Notes: generated by a model not told the origin, from the sequence alone. A stretch of DNA of 26,893 nt from Armatimonadota bacterium (GCA_034722055.1 JAYENL010000225.1:1-26893), one strand, 5' to 3'. Shown: positions 9,847 to 18,439, counted from the stretch's first letter. Program-made: numbers and translations.

Positions 9847-9879
9847 GGTTCTGAGAACCAGCATACCCCGAGGAGGTCG

Positions 9880-10821
9880 ATGAGTGTGTCCACGAAGACG
9901 CTTGTAGCGATAGTATGCACGGTCATAGGGGCAATGGCCATAGCCATGCTTCCGGGATGTGGCGGGGGATCGGGCTCCGATGTCGGCAGCCCGGACGGCG
10001 GCAGCGCTGCCACGGGCACCATGCAGGTGCTCCTCACAGACATGCCGGCGGCCGATGTGCAGGAGGTGTGGGTGAACATCGCAGAGATCCAGCTCGTGCC
10101 CGCGGACGACGGCGAGGTGGTCGTTCTGGATGAGAGCCTGCTGACGAACCTGCTCGGGCCTGTGGACCTGCTGACCCTGGCCGATGCCACCCTCGAGCTG
10201 GGCGAGGCCGATGTCCCGGTGGGCACCTACCAGCAGATCCGGCTCGTGCTCTATCCGGACGGCAACAAGATCGTTCTGCCCGATGACGCCGAGCATGAGC
10301 TGACCGTGCCCAGCGGGGCTCAGTCGGGCGTGAAGGTCAATCTCGCCAGCGACGCCCTGGAGATCGTGGAGGGCTCAACGACGACGCTGCTGCTCGACTT
10401 CATGGCGGCCCCCTCCGTGCACAGGGCCGGACACAGCGGCATGTGGATCATGCGTCCGGTGATCAACGCCACGGCGATGGGCGGCGAGGCGCCGCACCTC
10501 CGGCACGTACGCGGCACCGTGCGGAACCGCGCCGGCCAGCCCGTGGAGGGCTCGTCGGGCACACCTATGGCGGTCATCCTCGAGGGAGACAACGGCCGAC
10601 AGATCGCGCACGTTGATGGCCAGGACGGCAGCTTCGAGATCCCGTCGGTGCTGCCTGGCGAGTATCAACTCGCAGTCGGTCCCGTTGACCAGGACGGAGA
10701 GCTTGCCGGGCCCCCCTTCCCCCTGGTCGTCGGCAATCAGGGGCAGGGGCCGGTGAGCGTCGAGGTTACCGTGACGGCCGACGACCCGGTGTCGGTGAAC
10801 GTCACGGCGGACGTGCCATAG
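9880..10821 (+). CDS. DUF4382-domain lipoprotein with a C-terminal carboxypeptidase-regulatory-like domain
   Basis: Start moved to ATG 9880 because of the RBS (313 aa). Lipobox LPG-C. DUF4382 hallmarks GTMQVLLTDMPA, VWVNIAEI, VDLLTL, VPVGTYQQIRLVL, LTVPSGAQSGVKV, LLLDF and WIMRPVI. Confidence 0.9.
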   Translation: MSVSTKTLVAIVCTVIGAMAIAMLPGCGGGSGSDVGSPDGGSAATGTMQVLLTDMPAADVQEVWVNIAEIQLVPADDGEVVVLDESLLTNLLGPVDLLTLADATLELGEADVPVGTYQQIRLVLYPDGNKIVLPDDAEHELTVPSGAQSGVKVNLASDALEIVEGSTTTLLLDFMAAPSVHRAGHSGMWIMRPVINATAMGGEAPHLRHVRGTVRNRAGQPVEGSSGTPMAVILEGDNGRQIAHVDGQDGSFEIPSVLPGEYQLAVGPVDQDGELAGPPFPLVVGNQGQGPVSVEVTVTADDPVSVNVTADVP

Positions 10822-10842
10822 CAGGCCTCCTCCTGCGGCCGG

Positions 10843-10874
10843 AGGCGCGAGGGCCGAGCTCGGCCCTCGCGCCT
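10843..10874. terminator. Perfect 32-bp palindrome after the DUF4382 gene
   Basis: AGGCGCGAGGGCCGAG|CTCGGCCCTCGCGCCT with no spacer, between convergent genes. Confidence 0.55.
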
Positions 10875-11126
10875 GACATGCCAAGCCCCCGGTCTTCGCC
10901 AGGGGCAGGCCACAACTGAGTCCTGCCGGGCCGCCGCCACGCTCCCAGTGACAGCATCCAGCTCCGCGTTCATCCAGTCGGCATTGTCGTGGCGCGTGCC
11001 TGCCGCCCGTCATCGCACCGTTGTGCTTTGCCGGGCGCCCCGCCCGCACCTCGTGCCCGGATCGTCGCGTCCCCCGGCCGGCGTCGTGCGAGCGCGCTCT
11101 GATCGGTAGGCCCGCAGGCCGGCCGT

Positions 11127-11891
11127 CTACGCGCTCTCCACCCACGCCCGATACAGCAGGCTGTAGATGTGGATAATGCGCTCGGCGTCGGGACTGGGCG
11201 TGTCGGACTCCACCGAGCAGAAACCGGTGTAGCCGACGTCCTTCAGCCAGCGGAACAGCAGGCGGTAGGGATACACGTTCTCCAGCTCGTGCATGTGCAC
11301 GTGCCGCAGGTAGGGGGCGATGGGGTTGAGGAACTGGCCGATGGAGCCGTAGGCCAGCTCGGAGGTGTTGCAGTTGTAAACCACGCCGACGCGCACGTGG
11401 TCGGCGATCTCCACCGCCTCCAGCGTGTACTTCCAGTACGAGAAGTCCCCGTGCAGCTCCAGGTTCACGTCCACGCCCGTGGGCTCGGCGTGCTCTGCGA
11501 TCTCACGCAGGGCCTCGCCCACGTTGCCCACCACCACGTCCCGGTCCGCGCCCTCCGGGAAGCTGTTGCCGAAGACGCGGATGCGGGGGCAGCCGATGTC
11601 CGCCGCCAGGTCGATGAAGGCCTTGGCCTCGTCGATCTGCTCCTGGCGCTCGCCGTCATCGAGCGATTCGAACCGGCAGCTCGTGCCGATGCCGGCGATC
11701 TCCAGCCGACTGGCCGCCATCTTCTCCCGGATCTCGGCGCGCTCGGCCTCGCTCGCCTCCAGCTCGACGCCGTGCGGGCCGACGCCGGAGCGGAACTCGA
11801 TCCCCTCATAGTCGTAGGCCTCACAGATGCGGATCAGCTCGTCGAGTTCGAAGTCCCGACCGAGGTTGTAGGTCAGCAGAGACAGCTTCAT
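11127..11891 (-). CDS. Sugar phosphate isomerase/epimerase (xylose isomerase-like TIM barrel, AP endonuclease 2 family)
   Basis: ATG 11891 with GGAGG RBS (254 aa). Motifs YEGIEFR, IDLAADIGCPRIRVFG, VNLELHG, HVHMHE and GYTGFCSVE. Confidence 0.9.
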   Translation of the reverse strand: MKLSLLTYNLGRDFELDELIRICEAYDYEGIEFRSGVGPHGVELEASEAERAEIREKMAASRLEIAGIGTSCRFESLDDGERQEQIDEAKAFIDLAADIGCPRIRVFGNSFPEGADRDVVVGNVGEALREIAEHAEPTGVDVNLELHGDFSYWKYTLEAVEIADHVRVGVVYNCNTSELAYGSIGQFLNPIAPYLRHVHMHELENVYPYRLLFRWLKDVGYTGFCSVESDTPSPDAERIIHIYSLLYRAWVESA

Positions 11892-11907
11892 GGACACGAC
11901 CTCCAGG

Positions 11908-11968
11908 CCGGCGCGCACCCGACGCGCGCCGGATCAGCGATAGGGCCGCGCCGCCACACGGCGCGGCC
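11908..11968. other. Two tandem GC-rich hairpins directly upstream of the epimerase RBS
   Basis: CCGGCGCGC-N7-GCGCGCCGG (11908-11932) and GGCCGCGCCG-N5-CGGCGCGGCC (11944-11968). Confidence 0.45.
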
Positions 11969-12294
11969 GCGGTCACCGGTCAGTTCGCAACTCGCGGCCC
12001 GAACCCTTCGCCGACCTGGCACGCGGGACGAGTCAGCCGATTCGGCGGCGCCTCCCGCTCCGCTGCAGGTGAGGCGCCGCGAGGCCCGGAAGCTGCCGGC
12101 GGACGGACGGCAGCCCGCGAGAGGTAGTGAGCCATGAACTTCCGGCCCTCAACCCGGATTCGCGCGGAGGCTCACGTCCGGCTGGTGTTGCACTCGCCGG
12201 ACTCGTCCGGCATCCGACGCACTTGAGGCGGACTTCGGCGCAGTTCGGCGGCTCGGGGCCGCGTGGCGTGACACGGTGACGAGGAGGGCTCGTC

Positions 12295-15200
12295 ATGTCA
12301 ATGATGGCAGTCGCACCGGTGGCAATCTCTCTGTTCGCCCTGCTTGCGCAGCCGCCGGAGCCCGCTCCGGTGCCGCGCGGCCGGGCGCTCATGACGGAGA
12401 TCGCGCTGGTCGAGGACGGGCGGCCGACTGCGGACATCGCCGTGCCGGACGACGCCCATCACCGCGCGCTGGCCGAGCGGGTGCGCGAGGCCGTCGAGGA
12501 GGCGACCGGAGCGCGCCTCCCGGTGATCGGCGATGGGCGGGCGCTCGCGACGCTGGGCGAGCGGAACCTGGTCGTCATCGGCAACCTGATGACGAACGCG
12601 GTGGCGGCGCGGCTGTATCACAACTACTACGTGGCCTCAGACGCGGCCCATCCGGAGGCCGGCCTGCCGGAGCTGCGTACCGTCCATGACCCCGAGGCCC
12701 TGGGCATCGGCGTGGTCTTCTGCGGGGGCAGCGACGCCGAGGGCCTTGCGGCCAGCGTCGAGCGGCTGCTGGCGCACATCGAGCCGGGGCGCGACCTCGT
12801 CCTTCCCCACCTCGTCGAGACCGAGACGCCGGACCTGGCCCAGCCGCTGACCGAGGAGGCGCTGGCCGAGAAGCTCGCTGACGCGGGGCCGCCCTACGGC
12901 GCCGTCGAGCTGCTCATCAGCCAGGGCCTGAGCTACTACCGCAGCGGCAACGCGGCATACCTGGAGGCCTGCCGCGCCGCGATCGCGACGCTGCTGCCAG
13001 CGCTGGCGCAGGAGGAGCACCTGACGAACCTCTACGGGATCGCATATCTCGGGCCCGTGTGGGACCAGATCGAGGAGGCACCGGTGTTCAGCGACGAGGA
13101 CCGGGCGGTGGTCTGCGGCTTCCTGCTCGGGTGCGTGGAGCGCTGCGAGCGGCTGCACGCGCTCGACGCCCCAGCCGACCGGCCGGTGCACTATGGCTTC
13201 GCGGAGAAGGGTGGGAACCTCGCGAGCCTGTACCTGAACAGGTTCTGCCCGGGGATGCCGGCGGCCGAGGAGGCCGCGCGGCGCCTGCGGCACTTCTACG
13301 AGATGCAGTCGCGCTTCTGGAAGCCTGCCAACGAGGCGAACGGCTATCAGACGACCTACGCGACCGAGATCGCGCTGTGGTGCCTGACGAACGGCGAGTT
13401 CGCCTACATGGACAGCGGCAACCTCGCCCGGCAGTGCGAGTACCAGATGAACGCAATCATCTCGAACTACCCTTACAACACCTGCTTCGGCGACTCGGGC
13501 GGGACGCTCGCGAACACCTCGACCAACCTGTTGCGCATCGGCGCGTGGTACTACGGCGACGGCCGTTACCAGTGGTTCAACGATTTCCTGGGCTGGGGCG
13601 GCCACGACTGGAACCTTCACCACAGCTACGCGACGGATGTGCCCCCGGTCGAGCCCGCGGACCTCTACGGTGTGACCGTGATCCCCGCCGAGAAGTGGTG
13701 CTATCGCGCTGGCGCCGATGAGCCCGGCGCGCCCCCGCGCGAGCGCGCCTATGACAAGGTGGTCTTCCGCTCGCGGCTGGACCGGGACGCGGATTACCTC
13801 CTGCTCGACGGGCTGTCGAACTTCACACACGGTCACGCGGACGCCAACCAGATCATCTGCTACACCGACCAGGGCATGTGGGCGCTGAGCACGGGTGGGT
13901 ACATGGTCAAGGAGCTCGCCGAGCACAACGTGGTCGTCGTGTTCCGCGATGGGCAGGGCGGCACTGGCGCAGTGCCGCTGCTCGCGGACCTGGAGCTGGT
14001 CGCTGACGGGCGGGACGTCGGCGCAGTGCGCAGCACGCTCCACCACTACAATGGGGCCGACTGGTCGCGCAACATCCTGTGGGCGAAGGGCCGCTACTTC
14101 CTGGTCATCGACGAGGTGTTTGCGCTGGAGCCTGCGGAGTTCGTCTTACAGAACTGGTGGAAGCTGTTCCGCGGGCCCACACAGCGCGAGGGGCGGACGG
14201 TAGTCAGCGGCGAGGAGACGCAGTGTCGCATCTCGGGCCTCGACACGGCGGCGGTGGCGCAGCGGGTGTCGCGCTACAATAAGGCCCAGTACCAGGAGAC
14301 CGTGACCGCGTCACTGCGGCCGGGCGAGTCGGTGGCCTTCATGAACCTGCTGCAGTGCACGAAGGCACCTCACGATGACGCGGTGCAGGCCCGCGCGTAC
14401 GGGACGACCAGCGCCACAGTGCGCTCGCCCGACGGCGCCGTCCGTCTGCTCGGGAGCCGCCCGCTCGTCGGAGAGAGGGGCCTGGCGGTGGACGCTCAGC
14501 TCTACGCGGTCGGGCCGGACGGCTTCACGCTCGTGTCGGGGCGGGCCCTGCGGTGCGGGCGGCTGCTCTTCGGCAGCGACCGGCCCGTGACTGCGGACTG
14601 CGACCTGGCCCGTGGCCGGGCGACCCTCCAGGCACACGCGCCCTGTCGGGTCACGCTGGCCTGCGGCGAGCCGGGAGCCGTGCGGCTGGGCACGCGACGC
14701 GCGGATGGCGTTGCGTGGGAGGATGGCACGGTCACGCTGTCCCTGACCGCCGGCCGGCACTGCCTTCGCTTCCCGCCGCCGCCCCCCGACACGCTGGCAG
14801 AGGTGGCTGCGGCCCTGACGGGTGCGTGGTCCGACAGCCGGGTTCCGCCGCCCGCCGCGCCCGGCCTCGAGAGTGATGCCCCGCAGATGGCGGAGCTGTG
14901 GCGCTTCGATCCGGGCGGCGATAGGAGCGCGGAGGTGCGGCTGCTCGAGCAGGCGGACGTCACAGCCGACGGGGAGCCGGAGCTGCTGCTGGGCGCCGAG
15001 GACAGCCGGCTGCGCTGCTTCGACCGCGGCGGTGGGCTTGCGTGGGAGTTCGAGGCGCCGGGCCCGGTGTGCAGCCTCTGGGTGGGCGACCTGCTGGGCG
15101 ATGGCCAGACGAAGCTGGTTGTGGGCACCGGGACCTTCCCGCACGCGCAGCCCGGCGAGGACATCTTCATCCTGGACGCGGCCGGCGAGCAGGTCCGGCG

Positions 15201-16074
15201 GATCCAGTCGCCGACCACGCCGGCGACCGCCAACGAGTCCTGGGGCGCGACGCCCGGCGCCATCGAGGTCATTCACGCCACCGACGTCGATGGCGACGGT
15301 GTGCGCGAGATCATCGCCGGCTCAACGAACATGCACCTGTACTGCCTGCGCCCCGATGGCGAGCAGGTCTGGGAGACCCTCAACTACGCGCACAGCCCCA
15401 ACAACCTGCAGCTCGCCGACGTGGACGGCAACGGCACGCCCGAGATCGTCTGCGCCACGAACTACTGGGAGACGAACGTCTTCACGCTCGCGGGCAAGCG
15501 CTTCTTCCGCGTCAAGGGGCAGGGCCCCGGGCTGGCCGTGGCGGATATCGACGGAGACGGCGTCACCGAGTTCGTGACGGGCTCACTGAAGGGCCCGGTC
15601 GCGGTCACGGAGTACGATCCCGCCCTGGAGTTCACCGACTTCCTGCACCAGCTCCCCGGGATCTGGGCCCCACAGCCGCAGTGGCTGTTCGACACCGGCG
15701 CGAACATCGATGCCCTGCGGCTCGCCGATCTCGCGGGCGATGGCTCGACGAAGATCCTGACCTGCTCGCGCAACAGCATCGTCTACGCCCTCAACCCCGA
15801 CGGCTCGGTGCACTGGGCGCGCTCCCTGGGCGACGGCGTGCGCGCGCTGGAGGTCGCGGACCTCCATGGGGACGGCGGCCCCGAGGTGCTGGCCGGCAAC
15901 GACAGCGGACAGGTCTTCGTCCTCTCCGCGGAGGGGGAGATCATCGCACAGGCGCAGGCACCGGGACTCGTGCAGTTCGTGCGCGCTCAGGACCTCGACG
16001 GCGACGGTGTGGCCGAGGTGCTGGCGGCCACGGACGGCCCAACGCTGAGCGCCTTCGCGCTGCCCGGCGGCTGA
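12295..16074 (+). CDS. Large secreted protein: heparinase II/III-like polysaccharide lyase module plus a C-terminal FG-GAP beta-propeller
   Basis: 1259 aa, GAGGAGG RBS, hydrophobic N-terminus. Motifs CFGDS, HGHADANQI and EHNVVVV as in heparinase II/III-like proteins. Eight DxxGDGxxE/K-type repeats from DVTADGEPEL to DLDGDGVAEV. Confidence 0.8.
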   Translation: MSMMAVAPVAISLFALLAQPPEPAPVPRGRALMTEIALVEDGRPTADIAVPDDAHHRALAERVREAVEEATGARLPVIGDGRALATLGERNLVVIGNLMTNAVAARLYHNYYVASDAAHPEAGLPELRTVHDPEALGIGVVFCGGSDAEGLAASVERLLAHIEPGRDLVLPHLVETETPDLAQPLTEEALAEKLADAGPPYGAVELLISQGLSYYRSGNAAYLEACRAAIATLLPALAQEEHLTNLYGIAYLGPVWDQIEEAPVFSDEDRAVVCGFLLGCVERCERLHALDAPADRPVHYGFAEKGGNLASLYLNRFCPGMPAAEEAARRLRHFYEMQSRFWKPANEANGYQTTYATEIALWCLTNGEFAYMDSGNLARQCEYQMNAIISNYPYNTCFGDSGGTLANTSTNLLRIGAWYYGDGRYQWFNDFLGWGGHDWNLHHSYATDVPPVEPADLYGVTVIPAEKWCYRAGADEPGAPPRERAYDKVVFRSRLDRDADYLLLDGLSNFTHGHADANQIICYTDQGMWALSTGGYMVKELAEHNVVVVFRDGQGGTGAVPLLADLELVADGRDVGAVRSTLHHYNGADWSRNILWAKGRYFLVIDEVFALEPAEFVLQNWWKLFRGPTQREGRTVVSGEETQCRISGLDTAAVAQRVSRYNKAQYQETVTASLRPGESVAFMNLLQCTKAPHDDAVQARAYGTTSATVRSPDGAVRLLGSRPLVGERGLAVDAQLYAVGPDGFTLVSGRALRCGRLLFGSDRPVTADCDLARGRATLQAHAPCRVTLACGEPGAVRLGTRRADGVAWEDGTVTLSLTAGRHCLRFPPPPPDTLAEVAAALTGAWSDSRVPPPAAPGLESDAPQMAELWRFDPGGDRSAEVRLLEQADVTADGEPELLLGAEDSRLRCFDRGGGLAWEFEAPGPVCSLWVGDLLGDGQTKLVVGTGTFPHAQPGEDIFILDAAGEQVRRIQSPTTPATANESWGATPGAIEVIHATDVDGDGVREIIAGSTNMHLYCLRPDGEQVWETLNYAHSPNNLQLADVDGNGTPEIVCATNYWETNVFTLAGKRFFRVKGQGPGLAVADIDGDGVTEFVTGSLKGPVAVTEYDPALEFTDFLHQLPGIWAPQPQWLFDTGANIDALRLADLAGDGSTKILTCSRNSIVYALNPDGSVHWARSLGDGVRALEVADLHGDGGPEVLAGNDSGQVFVLSAEGEIIAQAQAPGLVQFVRAQDLDGDGVAEVLAATDGPTLSAFALPGG

Positions 16075-16104
16075 ATGCTCCAGACGGCGCGGGCCCGGAA
16101 TCGG

Positions 16105-16133
16105 TGGACTTCCACTGCGCCGCGGGGTATACT
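16105..16133 (+). promoter_or_regulatory. Sigma70-like promoter upstream of the Rhs array
   Basis: TGGACT-N17-TATACT. Confidence 0.6.
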
Positions 16134-16197
16134 CGTAGCAGGCGTGGACTGCTGCCGACGTCCCCTCTGACTCTCCACGGTCCGCGCCGCAGACGCC

Positions 16198-17778
16198 ATG
16201 GGGGTGAGGGCGTTGCGACCTCAACACACTCGGGCCTGCCACCTGCTCCGCACCTCGCACCGTGCCTGCAGCCCTTCCCTCGCTGCCTGTTCTCTGCCCG
16301 CCCTCAACAACCACGCGGCGCGGCGGGTCAGCCGGATCGAGCACCGCCAGAGCGACCTGACCGAGATCGCCACGCTCGACTACGAGTACGATGGGGTGGG
16401 CAACCCCACCAAGATCGTGCGCGAAGATGGGGCCGCCACCTACTATTCGTACGACGACATCTACCAGCTCACCGGGGAGGCGCAGGTGGACGCGCAGGGC
16501 GCGCCGATCTTCGAGGCCCAGTACGACTACGACGGGGCGCACAACCGGACCGTGAAGGTGGTCGATGGCACGCCGACGTACTATGCCTACAACGAGGCCA
16601 ATCAGCTCCTGACCGAGACCACCGGGGAGGAGACTGTCTACTACTCATACGACGGCTGCGGGAACACGATCGCGAAGCAGGAGGCCGCCGGGATCACCTA
16701 CTATGTCTACGATGTCGAGAACCTGATGACGCGCATCGACTTCCCGGACGACGGGCACAGCTACTACAGCTATGACGCTGACTCGAAGCGTGTAGACCAG
16801 CGGACACCGGATGGCTTCCGGGAGTTCGTCTACCAGGGGCCGGATATGCTGAAGCTGCAACTGGAGCGGGACGAGAGCGAGACCACCGTGGCCCATTACA
16901 CCATGGGCGATGGGCTGGAGGCCATGCGGCGCGACAACGAGAGCAGCTTCTATCACTTCAATCACCTCGGCACCGCGATAGCGCTGACCGGCGCGGATGA
17001 GGCGGTGACGGATACCTACCGCCACGACGCCTGGGGCGTGCTGCTGGAGAGCACCGGCGCCACCGTCAACCCGCACACCTACGTGGGCCGCGAGCGCTAC
17101 TATCGGATGCCCAACGCGGCCATGTATCACCTCGGGCTCCGGGACTACGCTCAGGGGAGTGGGAGGCTGCTCACGCAGGATCCCCTGGAGCAGGCGGAAC
17201 GTTTCGCGTACTCGGCGAACCGGCCCACCACGTTCACCGACCCTAGTGGCCAATGGGGTTGCGACCCGCTAGCATGCGCGAAACGGAGCCGCACCTACGA
17301 CACGCCAAAGAGACCATTCGAGAGGACGTTCAAGGGCATCTGTCCGTCGGGATTCCCTGGGACTTACCATGTCATGTATGAGAAGTGGTGGGAGGTAAGA
17401 GAGGTCTGGAAGTGTGTTCCAGATCCTGACAGCTACTGGGTCTGCTACGGTAAGGAAGCTTGCCGGAGGGTGGACATCATACCGCACCGCAAGATTGGTC
17501 GGCGGCGCGGCAAGGATTGGTTCTGCATACCTGACTTCGACCGTATTCCTCCGGTCCCGACCCCTCCCGAATGGGACGAATGGCGCCGGCGATGCGGGCA
17601 TATCTGCCGAGTGTCGTGCGAGATCGTCGGCCTGATCGCCTGTGTGCTTATCTGTACGCCTGTCACTACCGTGCCTCCGATCCGCATCACATGTGACGTT
17701 GTTTGTCATGAGGTCACGAGTGCAGTTACCTGCGAGAGCTTGTGCGACGGCCTTTGCGAGGAGAACTGGCATTGGTAG
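16198..17778 (+). CDS. N-terminally truncated Rhs-repeat protein (cassette 1) with a cysteine-rich C-terminal toxin domain
   Basis: YD repeats (YEYDGVGN, YSYDDIYQLT, YAYNEANQL), Rhs core HLGT...DAWG...YHLGLRDY...QDP and the cleavage motif PTTFTDPSG (ends 17250), then a 175-aa tip with 17 Cys. Rhs similarity starts only at about 16315 and the true start is uncertain. Confidence 0.85.
   Translation: MGVRALRPQHTRACHLLRTSHRACSPSLAACSLPALNNHAARRVSRIEHRQSDLTEIATLDYEYDGVGNPTKIVREDGAATYYSYDDIYQLTGEAQVDAQGAPIFEAQYDYDGAHNRTVKVVDGTPTYYAYNEANQLLTETTGEETVYYSYDGCGNTIAKQEAAGITYYVYDVENLMTRIDFPDDGHSYYSYDADSKRVDQRTPDGFREFVYQGPDMLKLQLERDESETTVAHYTMGDGLEAMRRDNESSFYHFNHLGTAIALTGADEAVTDTYRHDAWGVLLESTGATVNPHTYVGRERYYRMPNAAMYHLGLRDYAQGSGRLLTQDPLEQAERFAYSANRPTTFTDPSGQWGCDPLACAKRSRTYDTPKRPFERTFKGICPSGFPGTYHVMYEKWWEVREVWKCVPDPDSYWVCYGKEACRRVDIIPHRKIGRRRGKDWFCIPDFDRIPPVPTPPEWDEWRRRCGHICRVSCEIVGLIACVLICTPVTTVPPIRITCDVVCHEVTSAVTCESLCDGLCEENWHW
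16524..17184 (+). repeat. Rhs core repeat copy 1
   Basis: Aligns with 18408-19086, and its 16755-17070 part aligns with 20189-20504. 16648-16838 is identical to 18532-18722. Confidence 0.9.
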
Positions 17779-17815
17779 CATAACTACGCTCTCGTCTGCA
17801 AAATAGGAGGAATAT

Positions 17816-18439
17816 ATGCGCGTAACAAGTAAGCGAGTCAATCAAGAGAAGACGAGTATGAGAGGACGTGTGATGTTCGTATTGGTGCTCACAGCAGCTC
17901 TTGTAGGCTGCAGCAGGCAGGGAGGGAGGTCCACAGACCTGCCGCGCGGCCAGAGGCATGCGCCTCCCGCACAGGAGCAGCAAGCCAAGACGAAAGGTAC
18001 CGACAGTACGCTGACTAACGAAGATGCCGCGGACCGCGTCATCGCCGATCCGAGGTACACGCAAGCCGCAGCGACACTGCTCGAGGCCCTGCGCCGCAAG
18101 TACCCGCGAATCCGCTTCGCCATCAACTGGGACAGGAAGCGGCTTCAGGTAGACATGCTGAATGTACAGATCCCCGGACCCGAAGAGCAGCCAGATGTCC
18201 GTACTGGAGGCCTGTTCCGGGATGTAATCCGAACATGCCTACGGACCCCATCTCCGCCCACTGAGGAGTTGTGGATATCGGCCCTGTCAGACGGCGGGAG
18301 AGGACAGGAACGTGGGCGATGGGCGGGCTACGAGCAAGCGGAGGGTATCGAGACCCCACATCCCGGAGACATGAGTGACAAGGCACTGGAGGGCCGGTCT
18401 TCCGCTGCGACTACGACGGGGCGCACAACCGGACCGTGA
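17816..18439 (+). CDS. Putative immunity lipoprotein for Rhs cassette 1
   Basis: AGGAGG RBS 5 nt before the ATG, 37 nt after the toxin stop. Signal peptide with lipobox LVG-C. Visibly lower GC than the housekeeping-style genes. Confidence 0.7.
   Translation: MRVTSKRVNQEKTSMRGRVMFVLVLTAALVGCSRQGGRSTDLPRGQRHAPPAQEQQAKTKGTDSTLTNEDAADRVIADPRYTQAAATLLEALRRKYPRIRFAINWDRKRLQVDMLNVQIPGPEEQPDVRTGGLFRDVIRTCLRTPSPPTEELWISALSDGGRGQERGRWAGYEQAEGIETPHPGDMSDKALEGRSSAATTTGRTTGP

Noticed and set aside
16138..16243. tRNA-like appearance (GCAGGC...GCCTGCCA)
   Set aside because: No T-loop GTTC or D-loop consensus and no cloverleaf. Kept only as a candidate structured leader.
15042..16775. 577-aa alternative-frame ORF spanning the FG-GAP gene and Rhs start
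   Set aside because: Arg/Gly/Pro-rich off-frame translation typical of high-GC DNA, overlapping two well-supported genes.
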